A DNA stretch of 59,430 nt, filler included. It is 5 parts of 5 records of this genome, joined end to end, with 100 filler letters (N's around TTAATTAATTAA, not from the genome) between each part and the next. Parts side by side here need not be neighbours in the genome. Positions count along the whole stretch, not along the records: positions 33,675 to 47,803 come from DRR378314_1477; positions 47,904 to 53,453 come from DRR378314_1483; positions 53,554 to 59,430 come from DRR378314_1495; 2 more parts are not named here. The stretch is one strand, 5' to 3'. The position numbers and the translations under genes were made by a program. Positions 45,214 to 56,600 of this stretch are shown here, piece by piece; position 1 is the stretch's first letter, and every line of letters begins with the position of its first letter. Under the pieces are notes generated by a model, which was not told the DNA's origin, made no database searches, and was given only the letters and a program-made list of their open reading frames with translations.

Positions 45214-47337
45214 TTACAGCTCCGTTAGTGCGGTTCGGTCGATTCTGCCGCCGGTGAGCTTTTGCGCGCGAAATCTGCGGTAACCAAGAGCAGCTAGCAC
45301 AGCCGCGCACACTATTGCAGCAACTACGCCAAGTGGGAATCCACCTCCACTGTCGCCGCCGGACGACGGGCTGCCGCTGGGTTGCGCTGACTTGTCACAC
45401 ATTGCTTCTACTGTACATGATCCAGAGAGACCTTCCAGAGTTGTGCAAGGCTCTCCTGCCATGTTGGAAGAGCACGTGAAAGTGAAACTGTCGTCGTCCC
45501 CAACTTCGCGTGCGCAGGTCGGCCCGCACTGCTCGTTCGCGGTGCTGCAGGGATCGCCGGCTGTGCCGCACGGCGATGCGCACACTGGGAGAGCACCCGC
45601 CATTTCGCAAGTCCCTGGATGCCCACCCTCGGTGGTGCACGCAACATCCACAAGCTGCTGCATCTCGCACTGCTGCGTGTCGCAACTGAAGTGCCACGGG
45701 GCGCACGGCCCGTTGAGCACCTCCTGTGTACAGAGTGCCGCAGGATCGCCATTGACCTTTTCGCCAACGAAATTGCCGTTCTCGCACATGCCCTCGGTAG
45801 AGCATGTAGCCGTACCTGTATTATCAAATACGCACACTCCTTTGTTTCGAGCATCTAGTGCGCACCGTGCGCCCTCAAGCGGCTCGAAGTTGCATCCACC
45901 GCTTTCCGTGCACGAGCGAGTAAAACAGTCCTGCGGCCCAGGAGCTTTCGTCCACGGGCACGTAGCGTCGAGGCCGTCAGCGCACGCGGCGCGGCAAGCG
46001 CCATCTGCACCGCATGTGCCCGCCGTACCGTTGATATCGCATGACTCGGCGTTTTTGAAACTATAGCTACATTTCTTTTCGCCGTCTACGGTTTTGCAGG
46101 TCGGGGGCCCGCTTACGCACTGCTCACTCACATTGTCGCCGTACGGACAAGCTGCGAGCACGTCCGCCGCGCATAGCTCAGGCGCGCATGCCCCAGTGCT
46201 GCTGCATGCGCCGAACGTTCCGTTTGGTTTCGCACACCGTGTCCCAGTCTCGCGTTGATCAAGCTTACATACTGGATTGTTATCTTCAACAACACAGTAG
46301 GACACGACGCACTCTTCGCTTGCGTTGGGGTCGGCAGGGCAAGCGGTAGCGCTTGTGCCGTCGCACGAGGCAACACACTGCCCTTCAGTGCTGCAAACAC
46401 CGAGCGTGTCGCCAAAATTGCAGCGGGTCCCGGCGCGCTTGCCGTCGCACTGCCCAGCCACGAGGCATACAGCGCTTTGACAGGCACCTATCCTTTTTTC
46501 GCTCGTCTCGGCGTCGACAATGAGACATTCGTGCCCGTCTGCAGCAACATCGCAAGTCCCTTGATGGACGCACGCACCGTTCCGGCAGACGCCCGGAACA
46601 TCGTCAAAGCCAGAGTAAGGGCGCGACAGCTTGCAAAGCGTATCATCGGCCACACCGAAGCATCCCCGTGTTGTATCACATAGTAACTCGTTCTCGTTGT
46701 TTTCTACACACTCGCCAGTGGCGCCAGAGTATAGTACGCAGCGGTCTCCGACTTGTTTTCTGGATCCTTGCACCTCACTACAAATCTTGTTGGGGCACTT
46801 GTACGTCGTGCACGCCGCCTTGGCCTCCGAGATTCCGCAGTCATCAGTAACAATGTTGGCCCAGCACTCCTCTTCCACGCATGAACCCTCTCGACATTGC
46901 CCGTGGTTATCTGTCGATCCCTCGCATGCGCCGCTCTGAACCTGAAAATTGCTGCAGTTCGGTGACCCATCGTCGTTGTACTCACAGTCAGCTGTCGCGC
47001 AGCGCTTGTCCAGCGTCTCGTTGAAACACAACGCGTCGGCGTCGCACGCTCGCTCGCCCGCCTCGCACTGTGACGTTGACGAGAGTAGCGTGCCTAGGCA
47101 ACTAAATGGCGAGGGCGGCCCACTCGCGTCGCCTCCAAAGCACGCGGCGAATCCACCGCTGACACAGTAGGCACAAGAGCAGCCTTCCTCAAGCACGGCA
47201 GCGGTGCAGGCACCGCATGAAGTGCGCGCGGTGCATTTTGAGCTTGTGTACGCGCACGGCTCGGCCGTCGACGGGATCGGCATCCAAAGCAACAGCAGTG
47301 CCAGCGCCCATAGTGCGACGCGGCCGTCGAGGTGCAT
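45214..47337 (-). CDS. Cysteine-rich type I membrane (cell-surface) protein, single exon, ~707 aa
   Basis: Signal peptide (RVALWALALLLLWMPIPSTA), PSI-like start (CTARTSCGACT...CSCAYC), repeated GxC-x(2-4)-GxC modules, Ser/Gly linker, TM helix (FPLGVVAAIVCAAVLAALGY) and a short basic tail. Confidence 0.85.
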   Translation of the reverse strand: MHLDGRVALWALALLLLWMPIPSTAEPCAYTSSKCTARTSCGACTAAVLEEGCSCAYCVSGGFAACFGGDASGPPSPFSCLGTLLSSTSQCEAGERACDADALCFNETLDKRCATADCEYNDDGSPNCSNFQVQSGACEGSTDNHGQCREGSCVEEECWANIVTDDCGISEAKAACTTYKCPNKICSEVQGSRKQVGDRCVLYSGATGECVENNENELLCDTTRGCFGVADDTLCKLSRPYSGFDDVPGVCRNGACVHQGTCDVAADGHECLIVDAETSEKRIGACQSAVCLVAGQCDGKRAGTRCNFGDTLGVCSTEGQCVASCDGTSATACPADPNASEECVVSYCVVEDNNPVCKLDQRETGTRCAKPNGTFGACSSTGACAPELCAADVLAACPYGDNVSEQCVSGPPTCKTVDGEKKCSYSFKNAESCDINGTAGTCGADGACRAACADGLDATCPWTKAPGPQDCFTRSCTESGGCNFEPLEGARCALDARNKGVCVFDNTGTATCSTEGMCENGNFVGEKVNGDPAALCTQEVLNGPCAPWHFSCDTQQCEMQQLVDVACTTEGGHPGTCEMAGALPVCASPCGTAGDPCSTANEQCGPTCAREVGDDDSFTFTCSSNMAGEPCTTLEGLSGSCTVEAMCDKSAQPSGSPSSGGDSGGGFPLGVVAAIVCAAVLAALGYRRFRAQKLTGGRIDRTALTEL

Positions 47338-47803
47338 TGTGCCACCAGATGTAGACCTAATTCCGCGCTGACGTGCGGTAAGTACGGGCAGCGACTGTGA
47401 GACGGAGCGAATAAACGGCAATGTGTGATTTGTCAACGTGGTGCTTTGCAGCGCGTTTTCGGTTTGTTCCCGACGGAAGCAACACTGCTTCTCCGATGCG
47501 AAGTTGGCGTGGTACCGTCAAAACCGCGCTGCGAGGGAGAAACGAGCGACGTTTGCGGGGGAACAATAAGCCACACTAGAGATAGGACAAAAGCAAACGC
47601 GGCGGCAGAACCGAGAAACGCTTTGACTGAAGAAGACTGCGGAAGAAAGGCATCGGCTATAGCGACAATCCCCGCGTGAGCCGCGCGGCACAACACGATC
47701 TGCGACCTTGCTCTCGCGGCCTGCGCATATGCGTTCCCGAGCAGGAAAGGAAGAGCGAAGAGAGCGAGCTCGCGCGCATCGACGATGCAAACGCTGTGGC
47801 ACA

Positions 47804-47903
47804 NNNNNNNNNNNNNNNNNNNNNNNNNNNNNNNNNNNNNNNNNNNNTTAATTAATTAANNNNNNNNNNNNNNNNNNNNNNNNNNNNNNNNNNNNNNNNN
47901 NNN
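47804..47903. other. Artificial contig spacer
   Basis: N44-TTAATTAATTAA-N44. Confidence 0.98.
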
Positions 47904-48110
47904 ATCATGGATGTGATCCGGGGCAACCAGACCCTGTTCATGCGCGGCGACGAGGTCGAGGCCGCCTGGGCCTGGGCTGATCCCATCGTCGGGGCCTGGG
48001 ACAATTCCACCCGCGCGCCGCAACCCTACGATCAGGGCGGCTCCGGCCCCGAAGACGCGCTCCTGCTCCTGCATCGCGATGGCCGCCGCTGGCGTCCGAT
48101 CGGCGCATGA
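47904..48110 (+). CDS. zwf: Glucose-6-phosphate 1-dehydrogenase, C-terminal fragment
   Basis: [27 protein letters not shown]...PYDQGGSGP...LLHRDGRRW is the Zwf C-terminus. Confidence 0.93.
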   Translation: MMDVIRGNQTLFMRGDEVEAAWAWADPIVGAWDNSTRAPQPYDQGGSGPEDALLLLHRDGRRWRPIGA

Positions 48111-48157
48111 CCTCAGCTTTGACCCATCCCGTTTCGACACCATAAGGAGGCACGCCA

Positions 48158-49969
48158 ATGTCGCTCCACGCTACACTCGCCGCCGTCACCGACCGGATTA
48201 TTGAACGCAGCCGCCCCACCCGCGAGGCCTATCTGGCCCGGATGCGCGCCGCCGCCTCCAAAGGCCCCGCACGCGCGCACCTCAGCTGCTCTGGTCAGGC
48301 CCATGCCTATGCCGCCACGGGCGAGGATCAGGACACGCTGGCCACCGGCAGCGGCGGTCACCTCGGTATCGTCACGGCCTATAACGACATGCTCTCGGCG
48401 CATCAGCCGTTTGAGACCTACCCGATGCTGATCCGCGAAGCCGTGCGCGAGGCGGGCGGCACCGCGCAGGTGGCGGGCGGCGTTCCGGCCATGTGCGATG
48501 GGATCACCCAGGGCGAGGCGGGTATGGAGCTGTCGCTCTTCTCCCGCGACAGCATCGCCATGTCGGTGGGCATCGCCCTCAGCCACAACGTCTTTGACGC
48601 CGCCGTCTTTCTCGGGGTCTGCGACAAGATCGTGCCGGGTCTGGTGATCGGCGCGCAGGCCTTTGGCCATCTGCCCGCAGTGTTCCTGCCCGCCGGGCCG
48701 ATGACATCCGGCCTCTCAAACGATGAAAAGGCCCAGATCCGCCAGAAATTCGCCAAGGGCGAGATTGGCCGGGATGAGCTGCTGAAGGCCGAGATGGCCG
48801 CCTATCACGGCCCCGGCACCTGCACCTTCTACGGCACTGCCAATACCAACCAGATGCTGATGGAGTTCATGGGCCTGCACCTGCCCGGCTCCTCCTTCAT
48901 CAATCCCGGCACCGAGCTGCGTGATGCGCTGACCCGCGAAGGCGCCAAACGCGCGCTGTCGCTCTCGGCGCTTGGCAACGCCTATACGCCGACCTGCGAT
49001 ATCCTGGATGAGAAGGCTTTCGTCAACGGCATGGTCGGGCTGATGGCCACCGGCGGTTCCACCAACCTGCTGATCCACCTGATCGCCATGGCGCGCGCCG
49101 GTGGCATCATCCTCGACTGGCAGGATTTCTCCGAAATCTCCGACGTGGTGCCGCTGATCGCGCGGGTCTATCCCAACGGGCTGGCGGATGTGAATCACTT
49201 CCACGCCGCAGGCGGTCTGGGCTACATGATCGGCCAACTGCTGGACGCGGGCTATCTGCACCCCGATACCAAGACCGTCGCGGGCGAAGGTCTCGGCGCC
49301 TATCTGATGGAGCCCTTCCTCGACGCGGGCGCCCTCACCTGGCGCAAGGGCAGCACCGAGACGCTGAATGACAAGATCGTCCGCCCGGCCTCCGATCCGT
49401 TCCAGCCCACCGGCGGGCTGTCGCGCCTCAGCGGCAACCTCGGCACCGGGGTGATGAAGATCTCCGCCGTCGCCGAGGAACACCGCGTGGTCGAAGCCCC
49501 GGTGCGGGTCTTTCACGACCAGGACGAGGCCAAGGCCGCCTTCAAGGCGGGCGAACTCAACGACGGCGATGTGGTCATCGTGGTCCGCTTCCAGGGCCCC
49601 AAGGCCAATGGCATGCCCGAGCTGCACTCCATGACGCCCTTCCTGTCGATCATGCAGGGCCGTGGCCAGAAGGTGGCGCTGGTCACCGACGGGCGCATGT
49701 CCGGCGCCTCCGGCAAGGTGCCATCGGCGATCCATGTGGTACCCGAGGCGCTCGACGGCGGCCCCATCGCCAAACTGCAGGATGGCGATGTGGTGCGGGT
49801 GGATGCCCTCACCGGCGATCTGCAGGTGCTGAGCGAAGGGGTGCTGGACCGCCCCGCCGTCACCGCCGATCTGTCGTCCTATCAGCACGGAACGGGCCGC
49901 GAACTCTTCGCCCTGTTCCGCAATTCCGTCACCTCCGCCGACACCGGCGCAACCGTATTTGGAGTCTGA
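48158..49969 (+). CDS. edd: 6-phosphogluconate dehydratase
   Basis: [75 protein letters not shown]. Confidence 0.97.
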   Translation: MSLHATLAAVTDRIIERSRPTREAYLARMRAAASKGPARAHLSCSGQAHAYAATGEDQDTLATGSGGHLGIVTAYNDMLSAHQPFETYPMLIREAVREAGGTAQVAGGVPAMCDGITQGEAGMELSLFSRDSIAMSVGIALSHNVFDAAVFLGVCDKIVPGLVIGAQAFGHLPAVFLPAGPMTSGLSNDEKAQIRQKFAKGEIGRDELLKAEMAAYHGPGTCTFYGTANTNQMLMEFMGLHLPGSSFINPGTELRDALTREGAKRALSLSALGNAYTPTCDILDEKAFVNGMVGLMATGGSTNLLIHLIAMARAGGIILDWQDFSEISDVVPLIARVYPNGLADVNHFHAAGGLGYMIGQLLDAGYLHPDTKTVAGEGLGAYLMEPFLDAGALTWRKGSTETLNDKIVRPASDPFQPTGGLSRLSGNLGTGVMKISAVAEEHRVVEAPVRVFHDQDEAKAAFKAGELNDGDVVIVVRFQGPKANGMPELHSMTPFLSIMQGRGQKVALVTDGRMSGASGKVPSAIHVVPEALDGGPIAKLQDGDVVRVDALTGDLQVLSEGVLDRPAVTADLSSYQHGTGRELFALFRNSVTSADTGATVFGV

Positions 49970-49972
49970 CCC

Positions 49973-50623
49973 ATGGCCCTTACCCCGCAAGACGCCAGCA
50001 AACTGGCGCGCGAGATCTGTGCACTGGCCCCCATCGTGCCCGTCCTGGTGGTGCATGACACCGCCCATGCCCGCCCCCTGGCCGAGGCACTGGTCGCCGG
50101 TGGCCTGCCCGCGCTGGAGGTGACCCTGCGCACCCCCGTCGCCCTCGATGTGATCCGCGAGATGGCGCAGGTTGAGGGCGGTGTGGTCGGCGCCGGCACG
50201 CTGGTGACCCCCGCTGATGTGAGCGCCGCGGTTGCGGCGGGTGCCAAGTTCGGCGTCTCGCCGGGCTCCACACCGCTGTTGCTGGATGCCGCACTGGCCG
50301 CCGACCTGCTGATGCTGCCGGGCGCTGCCACCGCATCTGAGGCCATGGCGCTGTTGGAGCGGGGCTATGACATGCTGAAGTTCTTCCCCGCCGAGGCCTC
50401 CGGTGGCGCTCCGGCGCTGAAGGCGATCGGCGCGCCGCTGCCGCAGATCTCTTTCTGCCCCACCGGCGGTGTCAGCCCGCAAAACGCCGACAGCTACCTG
50501 AGCCTGTCGAATGTGGTCTGCGCTGGCGGCAGCTGGGTTGCACCCGCCAAGCTGATCGAGGCCGGCGACTGGAAGGCCATCGAGGAGCTGGCCCGTGAAG
50601 CCAGCCAGCTGCCGCGCGGCTGA
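49973..50623 (+). CDS. eda: KDPG/KHG aldolase
   Basis: LEVTLRT, VGAGT, VSPG, LKFFPAEASGG, FCPTGG; directly downstream of edd. Confidence 0.97.
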   Translation: MALTPQDASKLAREICALAPIVPVLVVHDTAHARPLAEALVAGGLPALEVTLRTPVALDVIREMAQVEGGVVGAGTLVTPADVSAAVAAGAKFGVSPGSTPLLLDAALAADLLMLPGAATASEAMALLERGYDMLKFFPAEASGGAPALKAIGAPLPQISFCPTGGVSPQNADSYLSLSNVVCAGGSWVAPAKLIEAGDWKAIEELAREASQLPRG

Positions 50624-50681
50624 TAGCCGACTGACGCCAGGCTGACGGCGGGCCAAGGATCGCCGCCTGCATACAGGTCTG

Positions 50682-50716
50682 AAACGCCCGCTCTCGGTAC
50701 AGAGAGCGGGCGTTTT
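50682..50716 (+). terminator. Rho-independent terminator after eda
   Basis: Perfect stem AAACGCCCGCTCTC / GAGAGCGGGCGTTT with a 6-nt loop. Confidence 0.8.
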
Positions 50717-51071
50717 GTCATTTCTCGCGCAGGTGCCGCATCACTGCCACAACCCTTCTGTGCTTGGCGATATTTCCGCTTCAGGACGGCAATGCCCTCG
50801 TGGCAAGTACAGCTCTGTTGGCGCCGTTGCAGGACGAGACCGCCCCATCCCGACAACAATCACCTGATACTGTCGGTCGGAACGCTCAGCGACTTGACTA
50901 GGAAAGAGATAGGCAATAGCAGCGCACTGAAATATCAGCAGGGATTCCATGAAACTTATCCGTTAGCAAAGATTGCAGATTGATCGTTATCGGCCATCCG
51001 GCAGTGGATCGGCCGAAAGTTCTACTGCTTCAATCGGAGCGCAAGGGGGCACCTCTTGCGGATAAATAATT

Positions 51072-51926
51072 ATGGATAACTTTGACAGCGCTCACGGGCG
51101 TATCCACCGGGATGGATACGCGCTCGGCTACACAATTGAGGGAGAAGGAGAACCGCTGCTGGTCATTGGCAGCCACCTCTTCTACCCACGCACGTTCTCA
51201 GCAGGCTTGCGCGAAAAACGAAAACTGATCTTCATTGATCATCGCGGCTTCGTTCAGGCCGACCGCGGCGTCGAAGCGCGTGACTGCACAATGGATACCA
51301 TTATCGACGATATCGTTGAGATGTGCAGCGCGCTTGGCCTTTCACGCCTGGATGTGTTGGGACACTCGGGTCACGGCTATATGGCATTGGAGTTCGCTCG
51401 CCGCAGGCCGGACCTGGTTCGAAAGACAGTGATTGTTGCAACCGGACCAAGCCATGCGCCAGAACACATGGCATATGGGGAACGTATCTGGGGTATGCTT
51501 GCTGCTCCGGAACGCAAGCGCCGTTTGTCACAGGATTTGGAACGAATGGCTGAGCAGATCGATGCTGAACCGGAAAAGAGGTTCATCTGGATGTGCTTGG
51601 GGCTCGCAGCTCGCAGCTGGTTTGATCCTTTCTTCGATGCCTCAGATCTTTGGCAGGATGTGCACGTCAACATGCCGATTTTCGACAGCCTGTGGGGCGA
51701 TGTGTTTCGCGACTTCGATCCCGGCGCTGCGCTGCAGGAGATACAAGCCCCGCTTTTGATTTGCATGGGACGACATGACCATCTGGTTGCCCCTCTGGAA
51801 ACCTGGCTCCCGTTCACCCCGGAGAAAAACCAGCCAGCCTTTGCTCTTTTTGAACAGAGCGCGCACACCCCACAACTGGAAGAAGCGGAGCGATTTGATG
51901 AAACGCTCCTGAAATTCCTGGCCTGA
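51072..51926 (+). CDS. Alpha/beta-fold hydrolase
   Basis: GEGEPLLVI, FIDHRGF, nucleophile elbow LGHSGHG, acid in GRHDHL and His in SAHTPQLEE. Confidence 0.88.
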   Translation: MDNFDSAHGRIHRDGYALGYTIEGEGEPLLVIGSHLFYPRTFSAGLREKRKLIFIDHRGFVQADRGVEARDCTMDTIIDDIVEMCSALGLSRLDVLGHSGHGYMALEFARRRPDLVRKTVIVATGPSHAPEHMAYGERIWGMLAAPERKRRLSQDLERMAEQIDAEPEKRFIWMCLGLAARSWFDPFFDASDLWQDVHVNMPIFDSLWGDVFRDFDPGAALQEIQAPLLICMGRHDHLVAPLETWLPFTPEKNQPAFALFEQSAHTPQLEEAERFDETLLKFLA

Positions 51927-51931
51927 TGTCG

Positions 51932-51960
51932 GCCCCGCGCGGCTTTCAACCGCGCGGGGC
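51932..51960. terminator. GC-rich hairpin after the hydrolase gene
   Basis: GCCCCGCGCGG...CCGCGCGGGGC inverted repeat; no strong U-tract. Confidence 0.55.
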
Positions 51961-52306
51961 TATACAGGAGCTAACCAGTTCTGCGGTGGCCGCTCCTCTG
52001 CCTGATCCTGCCATTGAGACGGCCCGTAACCTTCGACACTTCGGGCGCAGAGCCGCGCGCTGCGATCTTCCAGGGTGACCGTTTCAGACACCATGGGCCG
52101 ATGCGGTCGCATGACGGGCAATCCTCTGGTATCCTGGAAGACGATTTTCAACCTTGCAGGCCGGTCCATGTGACCCGGCCAAGCGACCTGCAAATCGTGC
52201 CACTGCAGCAAATCGGCTCCCTTGCCCCTTGCACTGCGACAAAATGTGCCGATCTACTGTTCACCCTTACCTGCCCCCACAGGCCAACCCGGAACATGAG
52301 GTCCCC

Positions 52307-53338
52307 ATGGCGCAAGCAGAGCGTTTCCCCTTTGTCAAAACTCTGAAAGGGTGTTGCGCCTTGCTGCAGGTGGAGCCGGAGCAAATCATGCGCCGCGCCG
52401 GTCTACCAGTCGAAATGCTGGCGCATGAGGAACGCGGTGTTTCGGGCCACCAGATCTTTGCCCTCTGGGAGGCGACCTTTGCCGAAGCCGGATCGTTGGA
52501 GCGGGCGTTTTATCTGGCCAAGACGTCCGCGCGCACGCCGTTCAAACCAGCGCTTCTGGCGTTTTCCTGTAGCCCCGACGTGGTGACCGGGCTGGAGAGG
52601 CTCAACGTTTTCAAGCCGCTGGTCGCCCCGGTGCAGATCACCTGTGCCCGGATGGAGGGGCACACCCGAGTGATCATCACCTCGACCCTGCCGGACTGTC
52701 CGATCCCGGCAGCAACGTCGGTCTTTGAGCTGGTGTTCTTCCTGGAGGTGATCCGCGCCTGCACGGCGCATCACGTGGTGCCGATCACGGTCACGCTTCC
52801 GGCCTCGGTGTTGGCGCTGGACCTTGATCTGGCGGATCTGGAAGCCGAGGTCGGCTGCCGGATCACCATGGGCGAAAGCCTCAGCTTTCTGCTGTCACCC
52901 GAGGACAGCACCCGCAGGCTGATTTCCGAGGCTACCGAGGTCTGGCCCGCCTTCGAGAAGGAGCTGCGCCGCCAGATGCTGGACTGGCGCGCCAGTCAAC
53001 CGACCTCGGCGCGGGTGAAGTCAGCGCTGCTGGAACTGCTGCCCTCGGGCCATTCCACCGCCGATTCGGTCTGCCGTCAGGTGGTGATGTCGAAACGCAC
53101 GCTCTACCGTCACCTCGCGCAGGAGGGCGTGACCTTCCAGTCGGTCCTCGACGAGACGCGCACCGAGCTGGCGCTGCACTACCTGCGCCAAGACGACATC
53201 AGCGTCGAGGAAATCTCCTATCTCCTGGCCTATAGCGACCCCAATTCCTTCTACCGGGCCTTTCGCAACTGGACCGAGCTGACACCGCTGCAGGCTCGCG
53301 CCCGGCTGGCCGCAGGCGATCTGATAACCTCGCTCTGA
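52307..53338 (+). CDS. AraC-family transcriptional regulator
   Basis: C-terminal double HTH MSKRTLYRHLAQEGVTF...EISYLLAYSDPNSFYRAFRNWT; GAGG RBS upstream of ATG 52307. Confidence 0.92.
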   Translation: MAQAERFPFVKTLKGCCALLQVEPEQIMRRAGLPVEMLAHEERGVSGHQIFALWEATFAEAGSLERAFYLAKTSARTPFKPALLAFSCSPDVVTGLERLNVFKPLVAPVQITCARMEGHTRVIITSTLPDCPIPAATSVFELVFFLEVIRACTAHHVVPITVTLPASVLALDLDLADLEAEVGCRITMGESLSFLLSPEDSTRRLISEATEVWPAFEKELRRQMLDWRASQPTSARVKSALLELLPSGHSTADSVCRQVVMSKRTLYRHLAQEGVTFQSVLDETRTELALHYLRQDDISVEEISYLLAYSDPNSFYRAFRNWTELTPLQARARLAAGDLITSL

Positions 53339-53453
53339 GGCCACCCGCATCGGCCCGTTTCACCAGGCGACCGGGGGCTCTCCCGCCCAACGTCGCCGCA
53401 TCACAGATGCAGCCACGTCGGTTGGGCCGGGCGGGGGGGGGGGGGGGGGGGGG

Positions 53454-53553
53454 NNNNNNNNNNNNNNNNNNNNNNNNNNNNNNNNNNNNNNNNNNNNTTA
53501 ATTAATTAANNNNNNNNNNNNNNNNNNNNNNNNNNNNNNNNNNNNNNNNNNNN
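53454..53553. other. Artificial contig spacer, preceded by a poly-G run at 53433-53453
   Basis: N44-TTAATTAATTAA-N44. Confidence 0.98.
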
Positions 53554-53669
53554 CATTATTGTGTCCTTCTGCAAAGTCATTGGCAGCCTTTATGTATGGA
53601 GCCTGACGAATGCTCTCTGTTGCTGCTGCTGTGTTTCTCTCGATCTGGCGATTGACACTGGCATCACAG

Positions 53670-56600
53670 CTGTATACGAAACTCGAGGACATTCAGGAAT
53701 TGGCCAACGAGCGCGAAGCGGAAATCAGAATGCTCCGTGAAGACCTTGATGCTGCCAATGCACGGTGAGTTTCAAATACTTCAAAAAGCTTTGGAATAGC
53801 AAATATGGAAGTGCTTTCTATTTACAGTAACTATAGGGTGAACGGAAGAATTAGAGTTCTTTCGGGAGCAGCACGTGCGTCTGCGCCCTGCGATGTAGCT
53901 CATGAGCCACGTCGGAGCAGACGCCGTTCTGGTTCTCTCGTTTTTCCTCTGTGGTCTTACAAAAGAATACGTTTCCGCAATTGGAAAATTTCCTTTGTTT
54001 CCTCAATAACAAAAATGCGGATTTTCTTCTAATGCGACCACTACGTGCACAGACTAGCGACTGACATTGTACAGGAGCTGCGCATAGAGCTCAGTGAAAA
54101 GGAGCAGCAGATTGCGACGCTCAGTGGTGCACTGGCACAGTCGAAGCGGCAAATGGAGGACCTTTCAGAGGAAATGCTCAAGGCAAGTCGTATGCTTTCA
54201 TGACGAGCTAGATCTCCTTTCTATTTCTGTTGCTGTAGAACACAGGCAAGGAAAGCAGTGCGCGATACGTCTTTTGAACTAATTTCATTGCATGTGGTGA
54301 AAGTATGGTGGTGAGGAGTGTATTCTACTGCCCCCTTGGGACTGGATATCTACGTTTAGTCCTCGGAAGACCACGAGGCGGGCACGATGCGCGTCCGCAA
54401 TAGTCAACAAGCGCCCTATGTTTGAAATAGATTCGGGGAGACCTTGCAGAAGGTTTCTCTTTGATCTCTTCCCCACGGATTTGGATCGCATCGTTACGCC
54501 ATTGTGCGAGTGTTTGACTTGTCCTCCGCCGCGAGAGGTACCTTGCCTGGCTCTAATCGTGGGGAGTGCGACTCTTGGCGGCGAGCCCAAGAATCAGGGC
54601 TGAGGAGGGAAAATTGGTGGTACCCACCTTTTCCAGGGCAGCTCAGAGCTCTCGTCGTACGTAAAAAGCTACCGTAGGCATACTGCCGAGGCAATCCGTA
54701 ACTCTTCGCTTCTGATCGTGCTTCTGGTGTGGTTTCACAATGTGCAGCTGGAAACAGACGTTGCGCAGCGACAAGACCAAGACACTGCGGTTGGACGCCT
54801 GGCGGAGAAAGAGCTGCGTCAGCGTGCGCAAAAAGCAGAGCAGGCACTCCAAGAAACCAAACAACGTGCCAATGCTTCAGAAAGGGCGAATGAATTGCTT
54901 CAGCGAGAGCTTCTTGAGGCGCACGAGCAGGCTGCAAAGTACGAAAGCGGCGTGTACGGCCTCCGCGAAGCCGTCCAGGAATTAAAGGACGAACGCGCTG
55001 CGCACAGGCGAGCGGCTGCAGCAGTGCGAAAACTTGACGCGAGATCGGGCGCGTCAGAACGATACCGAGAGGAGCTTGTTGCGGCTCTTCGAACGCTGCA
55101 GCAGAAATACGGAGTAAGCGATACCGAGGTGGAGTCGATGATGGACGCAGGGGCAATGCGCTTGGATCTGCACGCGCAAATGGAACGCGCGCGAGCACTC
55201 AATGTCGAGTATCGCGAGGATATTGAAGCCTTGGAGCAGGAGCGGTTGCGCTTAAAGAACCGTCTTCGGGAGGTGATATCACGACAAGCTTCGCATATAC
55301 GTACAACCGATAGAACTGATCATTCTGTGAAAGGAGAGGAAGGGCTCGTCTTTGAGCTGCGGCGCGAGATTCAGACGCTGAAGCGCGAACTTTCTGCCAA
55401 AGCGAACCAGCCGGCCCGAGCAGGGCGTTCCGGCTCGTCTACACCGCAAGAGGACTCCTTGCGAAGAGCCCTGGAGGTTTCTCAAAGAGAGTGTAGTGAT
55501 TTGCGCATGCAGATCAGAAACTTAGAACAGTCACTCCACGAAGCACGCGTGCGCGAACATGTAGAGGAACGACCGGGAGTCTTGTCTGAACTGGGAGATC
55601 GCTCTTCGGCAGCCCAGCGAAGCAATACGGTACGCCCCATGCGAGATCAGACTACAAGCGCCCCGGGAACCCCGGTTCAACGAACTCAGAGAACTACCAA
55701 CTTAATCAACACAAAGTCACTGCAAGAGTTATCAGAGATGCACCAACGACAGCAGGTACACGTGAAAGAACCTGCAACGCGCGAAGATGCACGAGACGGC
55801 GTCCGTGTGACCGAGGCAAGAATGGCAGCGACGTGCCGCGAGCTTGAGAGGGCAGTTGCTCGGTATCGGTCCCACTTCGTTGCAATGCTGCATTCCCAAA
55901 CTGCAATGTACGCTCGGCAAAAGCATGTGGAAGAAGAATTGAGACAGGAACTAATATCAAAAGCCTCTGAGCTACAGAGAGAGCGAGTGCGGACACAGGC
56001 CGCCGAAGACCGCGCGCAGGAGATCGAGCGTTCGCTGCGAGCGCTGGTTCCTGGGTTTGAGCACGGAGCGGGCGGCATCGCAGCTCTTTCCGACGCGTCG
56101 GGGATCGAACATGGAAACCCACAGACAGGCAGCGGAAAATCGCTGGAGTCGACGGAAACATATGAAAACATCAGAAAGCGTTGTGTATCGATGACTGTAC
56201 GCCTTGCGCTGTTGATGCAACGCGACGGAAGGCAAAGCGAGACCGAAAGCAAGGCGCTAGAGCGCTTATCAGCTGCTGAGAAACGTGCACAACGTGCAGA
56301 AGCTGCTACCGAACGTGCTCGGGCAGGGTATGCAGTGCTTGCCGCGGAAATGTGCGAGCGACAGGAAGCACTCTGGTCGCGGTTGATGGCTGCGGACCGG
56401 AAGGTCTTGGCTTGCGGATCGGGGGAGAGTCTGGAGCTGCTCGCGCGAAAATTGGATTCTGCCGCGTCCGCAAGTCGCGCGGCGCTCGCTGCCGAGAGCC
56501 GCTTGCGCGCACTTCAAGATGAAAACAAGCATCTGCGAGAACGGATCGACACATTCTTTGCAAACATACACAACGACAGCAGTTTTGCAGCGGCAGCGGG

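Noticed and set aside
48716-50656. 646-aa antisense ORF over edd/eda, and similar ones over carA, GntR and the aminotransferase
   Set aside because: Shadow ORFs produced by high-GC codon bias; no recognisable motifs.
53433-53453. Poly-G tract as a G-quadruplex or phase-variation site
   Set aside because: It sits at a contig end, typical of two-colour sequencing no-signal artefacts.
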